Positions 1 to 10,897 of a stretch of DNA of 64,000 bases are shown here, piece by piece. This DNA comes from an uncultured Planctomycetaceae bacterium (lineage in GTDB: Bacteria > Planctomycetota > Planctomycetia > Planctomycetales > Planctomycetaceae): positions 352,001 to 416,000 of the forward strand of contig CAWFAK010000009.1 of the NCBI GenBank assembly GCA_963813715.1. Reading direction: 5' to 3'. Each line of letters opens with the position of its first letter. The stretch's first letter is position 1. The position numbers and the translations under genes are program-made. The notes beneath the pieces are model-generated. The model did not search any database, was not told the DNA's origin, and saw nothing but the letters and a program-made list of their open reading frames with translations.

Positions 1-475
1 TGCAGACCGGCAAACGCGACCCGATGCCCATCGTGCTGCTCGACGAGCCGGGCGGCACGTATTGGACCGCCTGGCAGCAGTTCGTCGACGACGAGCTTTT
101 GGGCCGCGAGCTGATTTCGCCGGAGGACCTCGCGCTGTTCAAGGTCACCGACGACGTCGGAGAGGCCGTCAACGAGATCATCGGCTTTTATTCCGCGTAC
201 AATAGCATGCGCTACGTCCGCGACCAGTTGATGATTCGGCTGAACCACGAACCGCCCGACGCGCTGGTCGAGCGGCTGAACGCCGAATTCGCCGACATCC
301 TCGATCTCGGGCCGCATCACCAAAACGACCGTGCACCGGCTCGAGACCGACGACGAGCATCTCAAAGAACTTGCCGCGGCTGATGATGCACTTCAACCGC
401 AGAAACTTCGGCCGCCTGCGGCAAATGATCGACCTGCTCAACAAAGAGCTGGGCCAGACGCCTCAAACAAAGTGA
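1..475 (+). CDS. LOG/lysine decarboxylase-family (Rossmann-fold nucleotide-binding) protein, 3' part, frameshifted near 310
   Basis: QTGKRDPMPIVLLDEPGGTYW...LISPEDLALF resembles the LOG family C-terminus. An alternate frame continues ...FNRRNFGRLRQMID... to TGA at 473-475. Truncated at the window edge. Confidence 0.75.
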
Positions 476-569
476 CCCCGAGCCGCGAACGTTAGTCCCG
501 GAGAACTTGCCTTTCCGACTGAATTTGTCGCTCCACTGACGTCACCGACCACTCCGACCCTCAACATCC

Positions 570-1527
570 ATGCCCGCCATCTATCTCACCGAAGACGATG
601 TCCGCGAGCTGCTCGACGTGGACACGGCCATCCCGCTCGTCGAGGCGGCGTTTCGCAACCTGGCCGACGGCAAGGCGAAAACGTTCCCCGCGCCCGCGCG
701 TTCGCCAAGGGCATCGCGCTGCACGCGATGAGTGCGGCGGCCGAATACCTGGGCTATCGTCGGCTGGAAGGTCTACACGACGACCCGCCGCGGCGCCCGC
801 TTTCACGTCGGCCTCTCGGAGATCGCCACCGGCGAACTGGTCGCGCTGATCGAGGCCGATTATCTGGGACAGGTCCGCACCGGCTCCGCCAGCGGCGTCG
901 CCACTGAGTGCATGGCCCGCGGCCGACGCCCGCACCGTCGGCCTCTTCGGCACGGGCAAGCAGGCCCGCACCCAGCTCAAGGCCGTCTGCAGCGTGCGGC
1001 GGATCGAGCGGGTCGAAGTCTATTCCCGCAACGCCGAGCGGCGCGAAAAGTTCGCCGCCGAGATGAGCGAGTTCTGCGGCACTCGCGTCGTGGCCGTCCA
1101 TTCGCCGCAAGAGGCGGTTCGCGAGAAGGACATCGTGATCTGCGCCACGACCAGCGAGGTCCCGCTCTTCGAGGGCCGCGACCTCGACCCGGGAACGCAC
1201 CTCAACGTCGTCGGCTCGAATTATCTCGCCAAGGCCGAGATCGACGTCGACACCGATCCGCCGGGCCGACATCATCGTCTGCGATTCGATCGAAGCCTGC
1301 CGCCGCGAGGCGGGCGATTTCGTCGCCGCCCTCGAAGCGGGCGTCACCGACTGGGCCCTGATGCACGACCTGGGCGACGTCGTCACCGGCCGCCAAACGG
1401 GCCGCGCCCACGCCGAGCAGATCACGCTCTTCAAATCGGTCGGCCTGGCGATCGAAGACGTCGCCGCTGCCGTGCACGTCTACCACCGCGCCCGCGCGAA
1501 AACATCGGCCAAGCGTGCCCGTTTTAG
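570..1527 (+). CDS. Ornithine cyclodeaminase/mu-crystallin family protein (several frameshifts)
   Basis: [15 protein letters not shown] start; motifs [53 protein letters not shown] spread over different frames. Confidence 0.85.
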
Positions 1528-1894
1528 ATGACGGAAATCGCGGGCATGCGCGGCATTGCGTCGGGTGGCCGGGGCGCTCTGCGCAGCGGAAGCCCCGGAA
1601 CATTGACTCGCTTACGGCCGCCAGCATTCTATTGACGACGGTGGCCGCACCTCAACGAGCGCAGGGCCATTCGAGTAAAAGATCGGTCGGCATGCCGACC
1701 GATCGCTGACGACTAAACGGGGGCTTCCGCAAGGCGGAAGCCGCCCGTCGACGTGGTCGGGGCGATCCGTGGACGAGCCGCTCTGCCACGCACCAAATTG
1801 AAAGCGGTGGGTCGATCTAACTAGGATGGAGCGCGCGTGAGTTCGATTTTGGTTCCAAGGCACTCTTCGTGGCCGATTGGGCGGAGGGACCGAG

Positions 1895-2934
1895 ATGAGC
1901 CAGGAATCACAAAAGATCGTTGCCGACGGGGCTGAGGACGGTCGGCCGTCGCGCAAGGCGATTGTTTCGCGACTCATTATTTCGAGCAGTGCGGCGTTAG
2001 CACTCCTCGGCGGTTCGGCGGCAGCGCAAGCCCGCCTGCAGCCGACCCCCTGCCGTCCGGCGAGGTACTCTGCGAGAAGATGATCGCCGCAAGCGACAGC
2101 GTCTCTCGCGGGAGTGTCCACGTTGATGTTCTCATCTGGGACGACAATCAACCTGAACCGGGAAAGAGCACTTATTTCCTCGTCTTCGATGACGAGAAGA
2201 AAATGCTCCGCTGTGACCGCGACACGAAGTCTCGCCACACCAAATACGTGCGCACCCCCACGAAAAGCTTGTACCAGCTCCTGATGCCGCAGGCCGATGC
2301 GATCCAAGTCGGGGCCCCTGACCGTGATCTATCCGGCTTGCGTGATCAGCCGCTTGAGCCGCACCTCTTGTGGTTTGCCGGCGCTGGCACCTTTCTGTTT
2401 CGGGGACGCTATTCACCCATAGTTTCTCGCTTGCGACAAGAGGCGCCGAAAACGACCGTATCGAAAGACAATCACGGCAGAATTCTCTTCCGGTGGGCGA
2501 CGACCCTGGACATCTCCGTGATCAGTCCCGCGGATAAGCGTCCTCGGATGAAACCGGCCGAACTCATTGATACGTTGATCGTCGATCCGGCGCTCGGCTT
2601 CGTTCCAGTTGTCACGATGCATGCCACGAGATTGGACGAGTCAACGACATCAGTGATAAACGAGTTGTCGGAAATTCAGTACGAAAAGAAAAATGGCTAT
2701 TTCGTTCCCGTCGCGATTGATATCCGCGGGAATGGAAACCTCAAGATCAAGGCGACATGCCGCTGGCAGTCGGTGAACGGAGATATTGATCCCAAGGTCT
2801 TCACGGTTGAGGGATTTGAGCCCAAGAAGGGGACGGCTATCTTCGACCTTAAGGGGCCCCAGCCGGTCTTCCTCGGTTTCACCGGCAAAGCGGCTCAGGA
2901 TGGTCGAGGACCGCAACACCCCCGCTGTCGGTAA
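1895..2934 (+). CDS. Hypothetical secreted protein (frameshift near 2030-2080)
   Basis: RBS GGAGGG before ATG 1895; hydrophobic signal-like segment; 284-aa downstream ORF ending in VNGDIDPKVFTVEGF, a style common in planctomycete exported proteins. Confidence 0.5.
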
Positions 2935-3391
2935 TTTGAAGCCGACTGACGACCGGCCGCTCAGCGCTGCAATCGCCCGTAGAAAACTGATCTTGGCCAA
3001 TCGGGCGTTTATGGCAGAATGGAAATAGCCGCTCGTGCGCCACGGGCTCCGGCGCACATTGCGGCTTGAGCACAGTTGGGGTGCGCCCCAGTGCGGCGCC
3101 AGTCCGACGTCTAGCGGAACATTGGCACGGGACGGGTTTGCTGGCCGGTGGGAGCGGACGCGAGCTGCGGAGTGGATCGATCCGTTTTTGTCCGCCGGGT
3201 AAAAAAGCTCCGCATCGGAGTAGAAAAAAAGATCCCCGGCAGCGTCAGTGAGTTGAACCGACCCAAGCCGAGCGGACCGATCGAACTCCGGTCCGGACAC
3301 TTTCATCGACAGGGGGCTCAGTACTTTCACGGGGGGTTGGGTCACAATTTTTTACTGTATAGGTGCCCCACGAAATTCGTGACCCATCGGA

Positions 3392-3592
3392 CTAACCCGG
3401 AAAGAGCCTGCGGCGTGACGCGAGACGAAGGGCCACATTCCGAAATAGCACGCCCAATACGACGCCCCAGAGCACCACCAGGGCGCCGGGGTTCCCGGCA
3501 AGCATCAGCATCAGAAAGAGCCAGGCTGCCGGTCGCCGCAGGCGCAACAAGATCCCCGGTTCGATCAGGTCATCATCGGGTTTGTCGCTCAT
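3392..3592 (-). CDS. Small hypothetical membrane protein
   Basis: 66-aa ORF with two hydrophobic stretches. Confidence 0.4.
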   Translation of the reverse strand: MSDKPDDDLIEPGILLRLRRPAAWLFLMLMLAGNPGALVVLWGVVLGVLFRNVALRLASRRRLFPG

Positions 3593-3684
3593 GCCGCGAT
3601 TATACCCGGGGACGCTTCCTCCCTAGCGCAGGAAGCCCCGATTGGCGGGACGGGACTCATTCGTGGCCGGCCGCCAGGTGCTTT

Positions 3685-3790
3685 GCGCGGTGGGACCACT
3701 TGTCCCGCCGGGACCACCTGAAGTGGTCCCGGCGTGACGGTACCCTCACATTTGACATAAGGGGGGATCGAAAAAGTGGTCCCACCGCGC
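3685..3790. repeat. Nested inverted-repeat element (17-bp outer IR, 12-bp inner hairpin)
   Basis: GCGCGGTGGGACCACTT (3685-3701) and its reverse complement (3774-3790); inner CGCCGGGACCAC-ctgaa-GTGGTCCCGGCG (3706-3734). Confidence 0.8.
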
Positions 3791-3947
3791 CTGAGCCGAC
3801 GGCGCCAGAATTCGTGTTCGTAAGGTGTGACCAGGCCGGCTTTGCGGCCGCTGGCAGACCGTCGGCATCGTCAGAGTCGCCGCTCATCAAAAGCCGGTGT
3901 GCCTGCGCCCGCTGCGCGGGCTGGTCACACGCTACGACGAATAGAGC

Positions 3948-5117
3948 CTACGTTCGCGCCGGTTCGGCTCGTTGGGCGATCAGGGCGTCGAGCTCCGCCT
4001 TGAGCCGCGGGAGAATCTCGTCGTAGGGGTAGGCCCCGAGTTCTTTTTCGCCCTTCTTCAGGTTGACGAAGTTCGGGGCGCACCACAGACCGAGGTCGGC
4101 GTCGTCGGTTTCGCCGGGGCCGTTCACGCGGCAGCCCATCACGGCGATGGTGATCGCGTAGTCCTTGGCGTAGGCGGTCAGTTCCTTCACCTGGGCGGCC
4201 AGGTCGACGAAGGCTTCGTTCTCGACCCGCGAGCAGCTCGGGCAACTGATGATGTTGAGCGACTTGAGCCCAAAGTCGACCACGCTCCGCACGCGGCCGG
4301 CGGCGATGTCGGACAGAATTTGCTTCCCGGCGGCGATCTCTTCCTGCTTGCGGTCGTTGGGAACCGTGAGCGACACGCGGATCGTGTCGCCGATGCCGCG
4401 GCTGATCAGCTGCTCGAAGGCAATCCGCGTTTTGATGATGCCGTCGGGCGGCATGCCGGCTTCCGTCACGCCCAGGTGCAGCGGCACGTCGGGACGGGCT
4501 TCGGCAAAGCGGCGGTTGACCTCGATCACCTTTGCCGGATCGGAATCCTTGAGCGAGACGCAGTACTGCGTGAAGCCGATCGAATCGAGGAACTCGCAGT
4601 GATCGAGGGCACTCGCCAGCATGGGACCGATCGAGTCGGTCGGGGCGAACTGCTCCTTCTTGTCCGGATCGACCGAGCCGCAGTTCACGCCGACTCGGAT
4701 GGCGCAGTCGTGCTCGGCCGCGATGCCGGCAATGTACCGCACCTTCTCCTGCCACGGCTTTTGCCGCTCGTGGTGATAGAGGTGGCCCGGGTTATAGCGG
4801 AGCTTGGCGACGAACGGGGCGACCTGCTCGGCCAGGCGATAGTTCTCCTGCAAGTCGACGGCCAGGTTGGCATTCGTGCGGTCGTTGATTTGAGCGAGGG
4901 CGTCGGCCTCTTTCTTGCTGTCGACGGCCACGCGGACGACGTCGGCCCCGGCATCCGTCAGCGCGTTGATCTGCCGGACGGTCGCCTCGACGTCGGTCGT
5001 CTTGGTCGCCGTCATGCTCTGGACGGCAATCGGCCGGCCGGCGCCGATCTCGACGGTGCCGATGCGGACGACCCGCGTCGGATTGCGTTTCGAGGTTCGA
5101 TTCAGATCATCCGTCAT
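3948..5117 (-). CDS. ispG: (E)-4-hydroxy-3-methylbut-2-enyl-diphosphate synthase
   Basis: [63 protein letters not shown] motifs. Confidence 0.97.
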   Translation of the reverse strand: MTDDLNRTSKRNPTRVVRIGTVEIGAGRPIAVQSMTATKTTDVEATVRQINALTDAGADVVRVAVDSKKEADALAQINDRTNANLAVDLQENYRLAEQVAPFVAKLRYNPGHLYHHERQKPWQEKVRYIAGIAAEHDCAIRVGVNCGSVDPDKKEQFAPTDSIGPMLASALDHCEFLDSIGFTQYCVSLKDSDPAKVIEVNRRFAEARPDVPLHLGVTEAGMPPDGIIKTRIAFEQLISRGIGDTIRVSLTVPNDRKQEEIAAGKQILSDIAAGRVRSVVDFGLKSLNIISCPSCSRVENEAFVDLAAQVKELTAYAKDYAITIAVMGCRVNGPGETDDADLGLWCAPNFVNLKKGEKELGAYPYDEILPRLKAELDALIAQRAEPART

Positions 5118-5595
5118 CGAGAACAACTCCCGCCGTGGGGATCGGGGAAACGCATGGACCGAGCGGGGCAGCGACGACTTTCGCCCGTCGACCGCGACCC
5201 CCCTCGACACTTTAGGGGCACTTGATTGTAAAACCCACCGTCGCGACCGCCAATTCTTTCGCCCGCAATCGCCCGGTTTGGCGGCCGAATCCGGGGCGGC
5301 GACACGGGATCCGTCAGCTCCCTCAGGGTTTGCGGGACCGCCCGAATTCACCGGCCGCGGATCCGACATTGACACACTAAGTCATGCCGACTACAAGTCT
5401 TCCGTTTTCCAGGGCGTCCGCCTCACCGGACACTTTCGGGCCCCTCACCTCGGCCAATCAGCACGCTCGGCCCCGATCCCAGGTCTTCCACGTCCGCTCA
5501 ATATCCGGTCAATCCAAACTGCGTCCCGACTGCGTCCAGAACGCCGCCGTGATCGTCGCAGTTCGAAAACGAACTTCGTTCGAGAAGGACTCGTC

Positions 5596-7031
5596 ATGCG
5601 CCGACTCGCGCTTTTGCCGTCTTGCTGGGGCTCTGCGGATGTAGTTCGCGTACGGCGCCGTCGACGGTCGATCAGGCGGCCGAATCGCTGCCGACGAGCG
5701 ACGTCACCCGGGTCGGCAGCGGGCCGGGCTCGAGTTCGGCAGGGTCGGCGAAGACGGCTTCGTCCGAGAAGGCCAGTGCTCCGTCGTACCTGGGGCCGCA
5801 CGACGAGTCATTTGGCCGCCTGTCGTCGAACGCGAAGGCCGAACTCGAGCGGGCCGAGCAGCAGATTCGCGAAGGCCAGCTCGGCACGGCCGTGCAGACG
5901 CTGAGCCTGTTGATCGGCGAGAATCCGAAAAACTCGCTGGCCTTCGTCCTCCGCGGGGAAGCAAACGCCCAACGCAAGAACGACGCCGACGCCCTGGCCG
6001 ACTTCAGCACGGCCGTCGAGCTGGAGCCGAACAACGCGGACCGCCTGTCGGCCCGCGGGTTTTTCTGCCTGTCGCGCGGCAACACGGTCGACGCGCTGGC
6101 CGACTTCAACCGGGCAATCGAAATCGACCCGAAGAACGCCCGGGCGCACAACAACCGGGGCATGGCCCGGCTGACCAGCGGCGACATCAAAAAGGCGATC
6201 GAAGACTTCAACACGTGTATCCAGCTCGATCCGCGGTTTGTTGCCGCCTACAACAACCGCAGCTTTGCGTTGGCCAAGTCCGACCGCCGCCAGGAAGCGC
6301 TGGCCGACCTCGACAAGGCGCTCGAACTCGATCCGAAGGCGCCGGGCACGTACGACAATCGCGGCGCCCTGCTGCTCGACGCCCAGGAATACGAGAAGGC
6401 ACTGGCCGACTTCACGCGGGCGATTCAGTTCGACGCGTACAACGGCAACTACTACGTCCATCATCGGATCGCGCTCACCAGCCTGAAGCGGTTTGCGGAC
6501 GCCCAGGCCGACACGGTGCGGATCGACCGGCTGGCCCAACTGTCGCTGCTCAATCAGGCCGTCTTTCGCGATCGAGCAAATCCCAAGGTGTACATCGATC
6601 GCGGCAACTACTTCCTCGACGACAACGAACTCGACAGCGCACTGGCTAACTTCAACCGGGCGCTGGAGCTCGATGCCAGGAACGCTACGGCCCTGACGCA
6701 GCGGTCGCGGGCCTGGCTCCGCCATGGCGACGCTGAGAAGGCGCTCGCGGACGCGACGGCCTCCCTGGACATCGAACACCGCGAAGAAACCTTCGGCGTG
6801 CGGGGCGATGCCTACCGCAAGCTGCAACAGTATGACAAGGCGATCGCCGACTACGATGCCGCGCAGCGGATTGATCAGGACGTCGCCGAGACGTGGACGC
6901 TGTATGCCCAGTCGCTGCAGCAAGCCGGCCGCACCAAACAGGCCGAAGAGGCGCTGCGTCGTGCGGCCGACCTCAAGGCACTCAACGCGCCGACGGCCGT
7001 CGCCGCCGCGCCGAGCAAGCCGCGCAGCTGA
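5596..7031 (+). CDS. TPR-repeat lipoprotein (frameshift in signal peptide)
   Basis: RBS AGAAGGA, MRRLALL.. then LGLCGC lipobox in the shifted frame; many TPR repeats (ALADFNRAIEIDPKNARAHNNRG). Confidence 0.9.
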
Positions 7032-7211
7032 CCGCAGTCGGCCCGGCGACCTGTGATCGGAATGGGCCGATTTTTCGCTGTCGCCGGCGATCGGTTGGCT
7101 GTCCGCGTTTTTCGCGGGCTGATAGCATATCGGCGGTCCATTCGTTCCGAGTCGATCGTCCCCGCATGATCGACGGCACGTTGATCGTCACCGCAATCGC
7201 AGGAGCCACCG

Positions 7212-8024
7212 ATGGGTTTGTTCGAGGGGAAAAAAGGGCTGATCTTCGGGATCGCCAACGACCATTCCATCGCCTGGGCCATCACCGAAAAGTTGCACGC
7301 CGAAGGGGCGGAGATGGGCTTTTCCCATCTGCCGGACAAGGATCCGGAACGTCCGCGGATGGAACGGCGGGTGCGGAAGCTGGTCGAGCCGCTGGGAGCC
7401 AAGCTGATCCTGCCCTGCGACGTCACCCGCGATGAAGACCTCGACCGCATTTTTGCCGCAGCCAAGGAGCAACTCGGCCCGCTCGACTTCGTCCTGCACT
7501 CGGTGGCTTACGCTCCTCTCGAAGATCTGCAAGGTCCGGTGTACAACGTCAGCCGCGACGGCTTCAAGCTGGCGATGGAAATCAGCGTCTACAGCCTGCT
7601 GACGATCGCCCGCCGCGCCCGCGAGGCGCTCAAGCCGGGCGGCAGCCTGCTCACGCTCACCTACCTGGGGGGCGAGACGGTGATCCCCGGCTACAACGTG
7701 ATGGGCATCTGCAAGGCGGCCTTGGAAAGCTCGACCCGCTACCTGGCCAGCGAGCTGGGAGCAAGCAACATTCGCGTCAACGCCCTCTCCGCCGGGCCGC
7801 TCAAAACGCTCAGCTCGTCGGCCGTCGGCGAGTTCGATCAGATGCTCAAGCTCTACACGACGTTCTCACCCTTGAAGCGCAACATTTCGCCCGAGGAAGT
7901 CGCCAACGCCGGCATGTATTTGTTGAGTCATCTCGCCGGCGGCATTACCGGGGAGACGCTGCACGTCGACGCCGGTTACCACATCATGGGTGCCCCGCCG
8001 GCCGACATGCACGCCAAGCTGTGA
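7212..8024 (+). CDS. fabI: Enoyl-ACP reductase
   Basis: [51 protein letters not shown]. Confidence 0.95.
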   Translation: MGLFEGKKGLIFGIANDHSIAWAITEKLHAEGAEMGFSHLPDKDPERPRMERRVRKLVEPLGAKLILPCDVTRDEDLDRIFAAAKEQLGPLDFVLHSVAYAPLEDLQGPVYNVSRDGFKLAMEISVYSLLTIARRAREALKPGGSLLTLTYLGGETVIPGYNVMGICKAALESSTRYLASELGASNIRVNALSAGPLKTLSSSAVGEFDQMLKLYTTFSPLKRNISPEEVANAGMYLLSHLAGGITGETLHVDAGYHIMGAPPADMHAKL

Positions 8025-8437
8025 CGCCGACGGACGAACCGCGGGAGCGCGTCGCGATCGCTGTCGTCGAGCACGCGGGACGGTATCTCGTGGGGACGCG
8101 GCGGGCCGACCAGGCGCTCGCCGGCCGGGCCGAGTTCCCCGGCGGACGCTGTCTGTCTGGCGAAGAGGGCTCCGCCTGTGCCGTCCGCGAGTGTCGCGAA
8201 GAAACGGGGCTGGCGGTCATAGCCGTCCGCCAGTTGGTCGCGTGCCGTCATACGTATCCGCACGGGGCACTCGATCTCGAGTTCTGGCTGTGCCGGCCGG
8301 CCGCTGAGCAGGACGCGGACCCGGTGGCCGGCGGTTTTCGCTGGGTGCTGGCAGAGTCGTTAAAGTCGCTCGACTTTCCCGAAGCGAATCGGGCCGTGCT
8401 GGAAATTCTCTCCGCTGGCCCCCGATCCGCGAGCTAG
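8021..8437 (+). CDS. NUDIX hydrolase (MutT-like)
   Basis: EFPGG...[18 protein letters not shown]udix box; FPEAN C-terminal motif; GTGA overlap with fabI. Confidence 0.88.
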   Translation: MTPTDEPRERVAIAVVEHAGRYLVGTRRADQALAGRAEFPGGRCLSGEEGSACAVRECREETGLAVIAVRQLVACRHTYPHGALDLEFWLCRPAAEQDADPVAGGFRWVLAESLKSLDFPEANRAVLEILSAGPRSAS

Positions 8438-8532
8438 ATTTGCCCGTCGGCACTTGCAAGTTGCCGTCTCAGCGTTGTTGTCTCAGCACAGGTCGGGCCA
8501 CCTCGTACGCTCCTCTGCCTTCGGATCGCACC

Positions 8533-8697
8533 ATGTTCACGAACATGATGGTCACTGCCCGCGGCTACTATGCGTTCTACGGTCGCTTCTTCGCCGACCA
8601 GTGGTACGGCCTGAACCCGGTTCGCTACGGCGTGCTCTTGATCGGCGTGGGCGTCTTCGGCTGGCTGCTGATGAAGTCGGGCAACAAGCGGACCTAG
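8533..8697 (+). CDS. Small single-TM membrane protein
   Basis: 54 aa with GC3-biased codons and a TM segment YGVLLIGVGVFGWLLMK. Confidence 0.6.
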   Translation: MFTNMMVTARGYYAFYGRFFADQWYGLNPVRYGVLLIGVGVFGWLLMKSGNKRT

Positions 8698-8831
8698 CCC
8701 GCCGTCCGATCGCCCTGTCCGGCCGACGCTTCTTTGATGCCGAAGGGTTGTTCGACGCCGAACGACCCTGCGATGCCTGCCGGCGGCGGACAACCAACGC
8801 GGTCCGGCCACGCCGGCGACTCTTCCATCGC

Positions 8832-8963
8832 TCAACTCGAGCGCCTGCCAATCCCGACTTCCTGGGCGCTCACCAGGGCCGCTTCGTCGTCGCGACCGAA
8901 GGCGGCCCGGACCACGTCACTCACGATTTCGACGTCGGCGGTCCGTTCAAAGCGAATTCGCAC
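8832..8963 (-). pseudogene. Truncated GNAT acetyltransferase N-terminus
   Basis: VRIRFERTADVEIVSDVVRAAFGRDDEAALV resembles the start of YhbS-like GNATs; stops after about 43 codons. Confidence 0.5.
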
Positions 8964-8977
8964 TTGATGGCAATTAT

Positions 8978-9048
8978 TTACCCGACTAGGATTCGAACCT
9001 AGACTAACAGGACCAAAACCTGTTGTGCTACCATTACACCATCGGGTA
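8978..9048 (-). tRNA. tRNA-Gln(TTG)
   Basis: Acceptor stem TACCCGA/TCGGGTA, D-arm TGGTGTAATGGTAGCA, anticodon arm ACAGG-TT-TTG-GT-CCTGT, T-loop GGTTCGAATCC; CCA not encoded. Confidence 0.97.
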
Positions 9049-9210
9049 GTTCCGGCCCCGTCCGTCGCGCATTCCGGCGGGGCACCGCGCGGGAAGTTTA
9101 AGCGAAGCGCAGCGACCCGGCAAGCAAAAGCAGCCGCCGGCCGGCCGCCGGCAATGGGTTCTGGTAGCCAGCGACAAATCGATTCCCCACATTCGGAGGG
9201 AGGAGTTGCT

Positions 9211-10876
9211 ATGGGCATCGGGCCGCATCATTCGCTCTTAGCCGCCGGCTTGCTGCTGGGCGGATTCTGCGCCGCCGCACTCGCACCGGCACGAGCCGCC
9301 GACACCATCGGCACAGCCAAGCCCGAAGCACCAAAGACACCGTCGAAAGCGGCGACGGCACGCGACCTCGACGGCGTCGCGCGAACCATCTTCGCGATCA
9401 CGGACGTGGTGCTCGACCACCATATCCAGCCCGTGTCGCGTCAGGAGATGATTCTCACCGGACTGCGGGGAGCCTTTGCGTGGAAGAACCTGGCAGCGCC
9501 CGAACTCAGCCGCCGTGTCTCGGACCTGCGGACGGCAGACGAACTGGCGGCCCTGCTTAAGGAGCTTTGGCCCAAGCTCACCCAGAACGGAACCTTGCCG
9601 TCCGAGGACGTTGAAAACGCGATGCTGACCGGTTTGCTGAGTTCCGTGCCCGGCTCGCCGCACATTCTTCCCGCCAAAGAAGTGCGGGTGCACAATCAAA
9701 TCCAGGCCAATCGCTACATCGGCATCGGCATTGCCATTCGAGTCGACGACAAGACCAAGCTGCCGCAGATCGTGCATGCCCAGCCCGGCGGCCCCGCCCA
9801 GTTGGGAGGCGTGCGGGACGACGACTTGATCGAGCAAATCAACCGTTCCCGCGTCGAACCAAACGGGAAACTTCGCGACGTCGTCGACGCGCTCCGCGGC
9901 CCCGAGGGAACCGAAGTCACGATTCAGGTGCGGCAACCCCAGGCCAAGGAGTCGCGCACCCTGACGCTGGTGCGCCTGCCGGTGATGTTCAAGTCGGTGC
10001 AATGCACGGAGCACAATTCGGACGAAGATCACGTCGTCCTGCTCCACACCAAGCCGGTCATCGCGTACCTCAGGATCAGTTCCGTCACGGCCAGCACCGC
10101 CCGCGAACTAGCTGCGTGGGAGCCTCGGCTCCGCGAGGCCAAGGTGCAGGCGTTAATCCTCGACCTGCGAGATACCGGCGGCAGCGACGGCTTCGACAAC
10201 TATCACGCGGCCCTGCTCTTGGCCGACAGCCTGTTGGACGGGAAAGCCGCTCGGCAAGCTGCGGACGCGGGAGGGGACGCAGGAATTCACGGCCGATCGG
10301 GAATGCCTGTTTCGCGATTGGCCGCTGGCGATTCTGATCGACAAATACACGAGCGGTCCGGCCGAGTGGGTGGCCGCCGCCCTCCAGGATTCCGTTGCCG
10401 TTTCCGGCAAGCGGCGACACGTCACCATCGTCGGAACACCCAGTGGCAAGGACGCCTTTGTGCGTACCGCTTATCCGCTGCCCAGTGGCGACGACTTGAT
10501 CCTGGCAAACGGCGTCTGGGAACGTCCGAAATACGTCGCAGAACACAAACAGAGAGTGCACATCTACGCGAGTCCCGGCGATGGGAGCGACTGGACAATG
10601 ACCGAGACGGACGCCAAAGGTTCGGCAGACTCGGTGATCCCAGACGCCTACGTGTATCTCACCGATCCAGAGGTCGGCGTCCAGGATCTGCTACTCGCCC
10701 CCGTCAAAACGCCGCAGCCGCGCGAGCGAACCGGAAGAGTCTTGCCCCAGAAGGCCCCCGCGAAGGAAGACAAAGACGGTGTGGTTCGTCGCAGTGCCAC
10801 CAGTCTCGACGCATACGAGCAGGCCGCGGTGAGTGAGCTGCAAATGCAGTTTGACCTCGCTCCCGAAAAGCACTAA
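9211..10876 (+). CDS. S41 (CtpA-like) peptidase family protein with PDZ domain (frameshift near 10245)
   Basis: Signal peptide; YIGIGI...GGPAQLGGVRDDDLI PDZ; LRGPEGTEVT; IAYLRISS; LILDLRD. Confidence 0.8.
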
Positions 10877-10897
10877 GCGGCGACAGGCAGCCTCCCC

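Noticed and set aside
3338..3386. Imperfect inverted repeat TGGGTCACAATTT/AAATTCGTGACCCA as an IS end or attC
   Set aside because: No transposase or integrase and no attC R boxes; could simply be a terminator-like hairpin.
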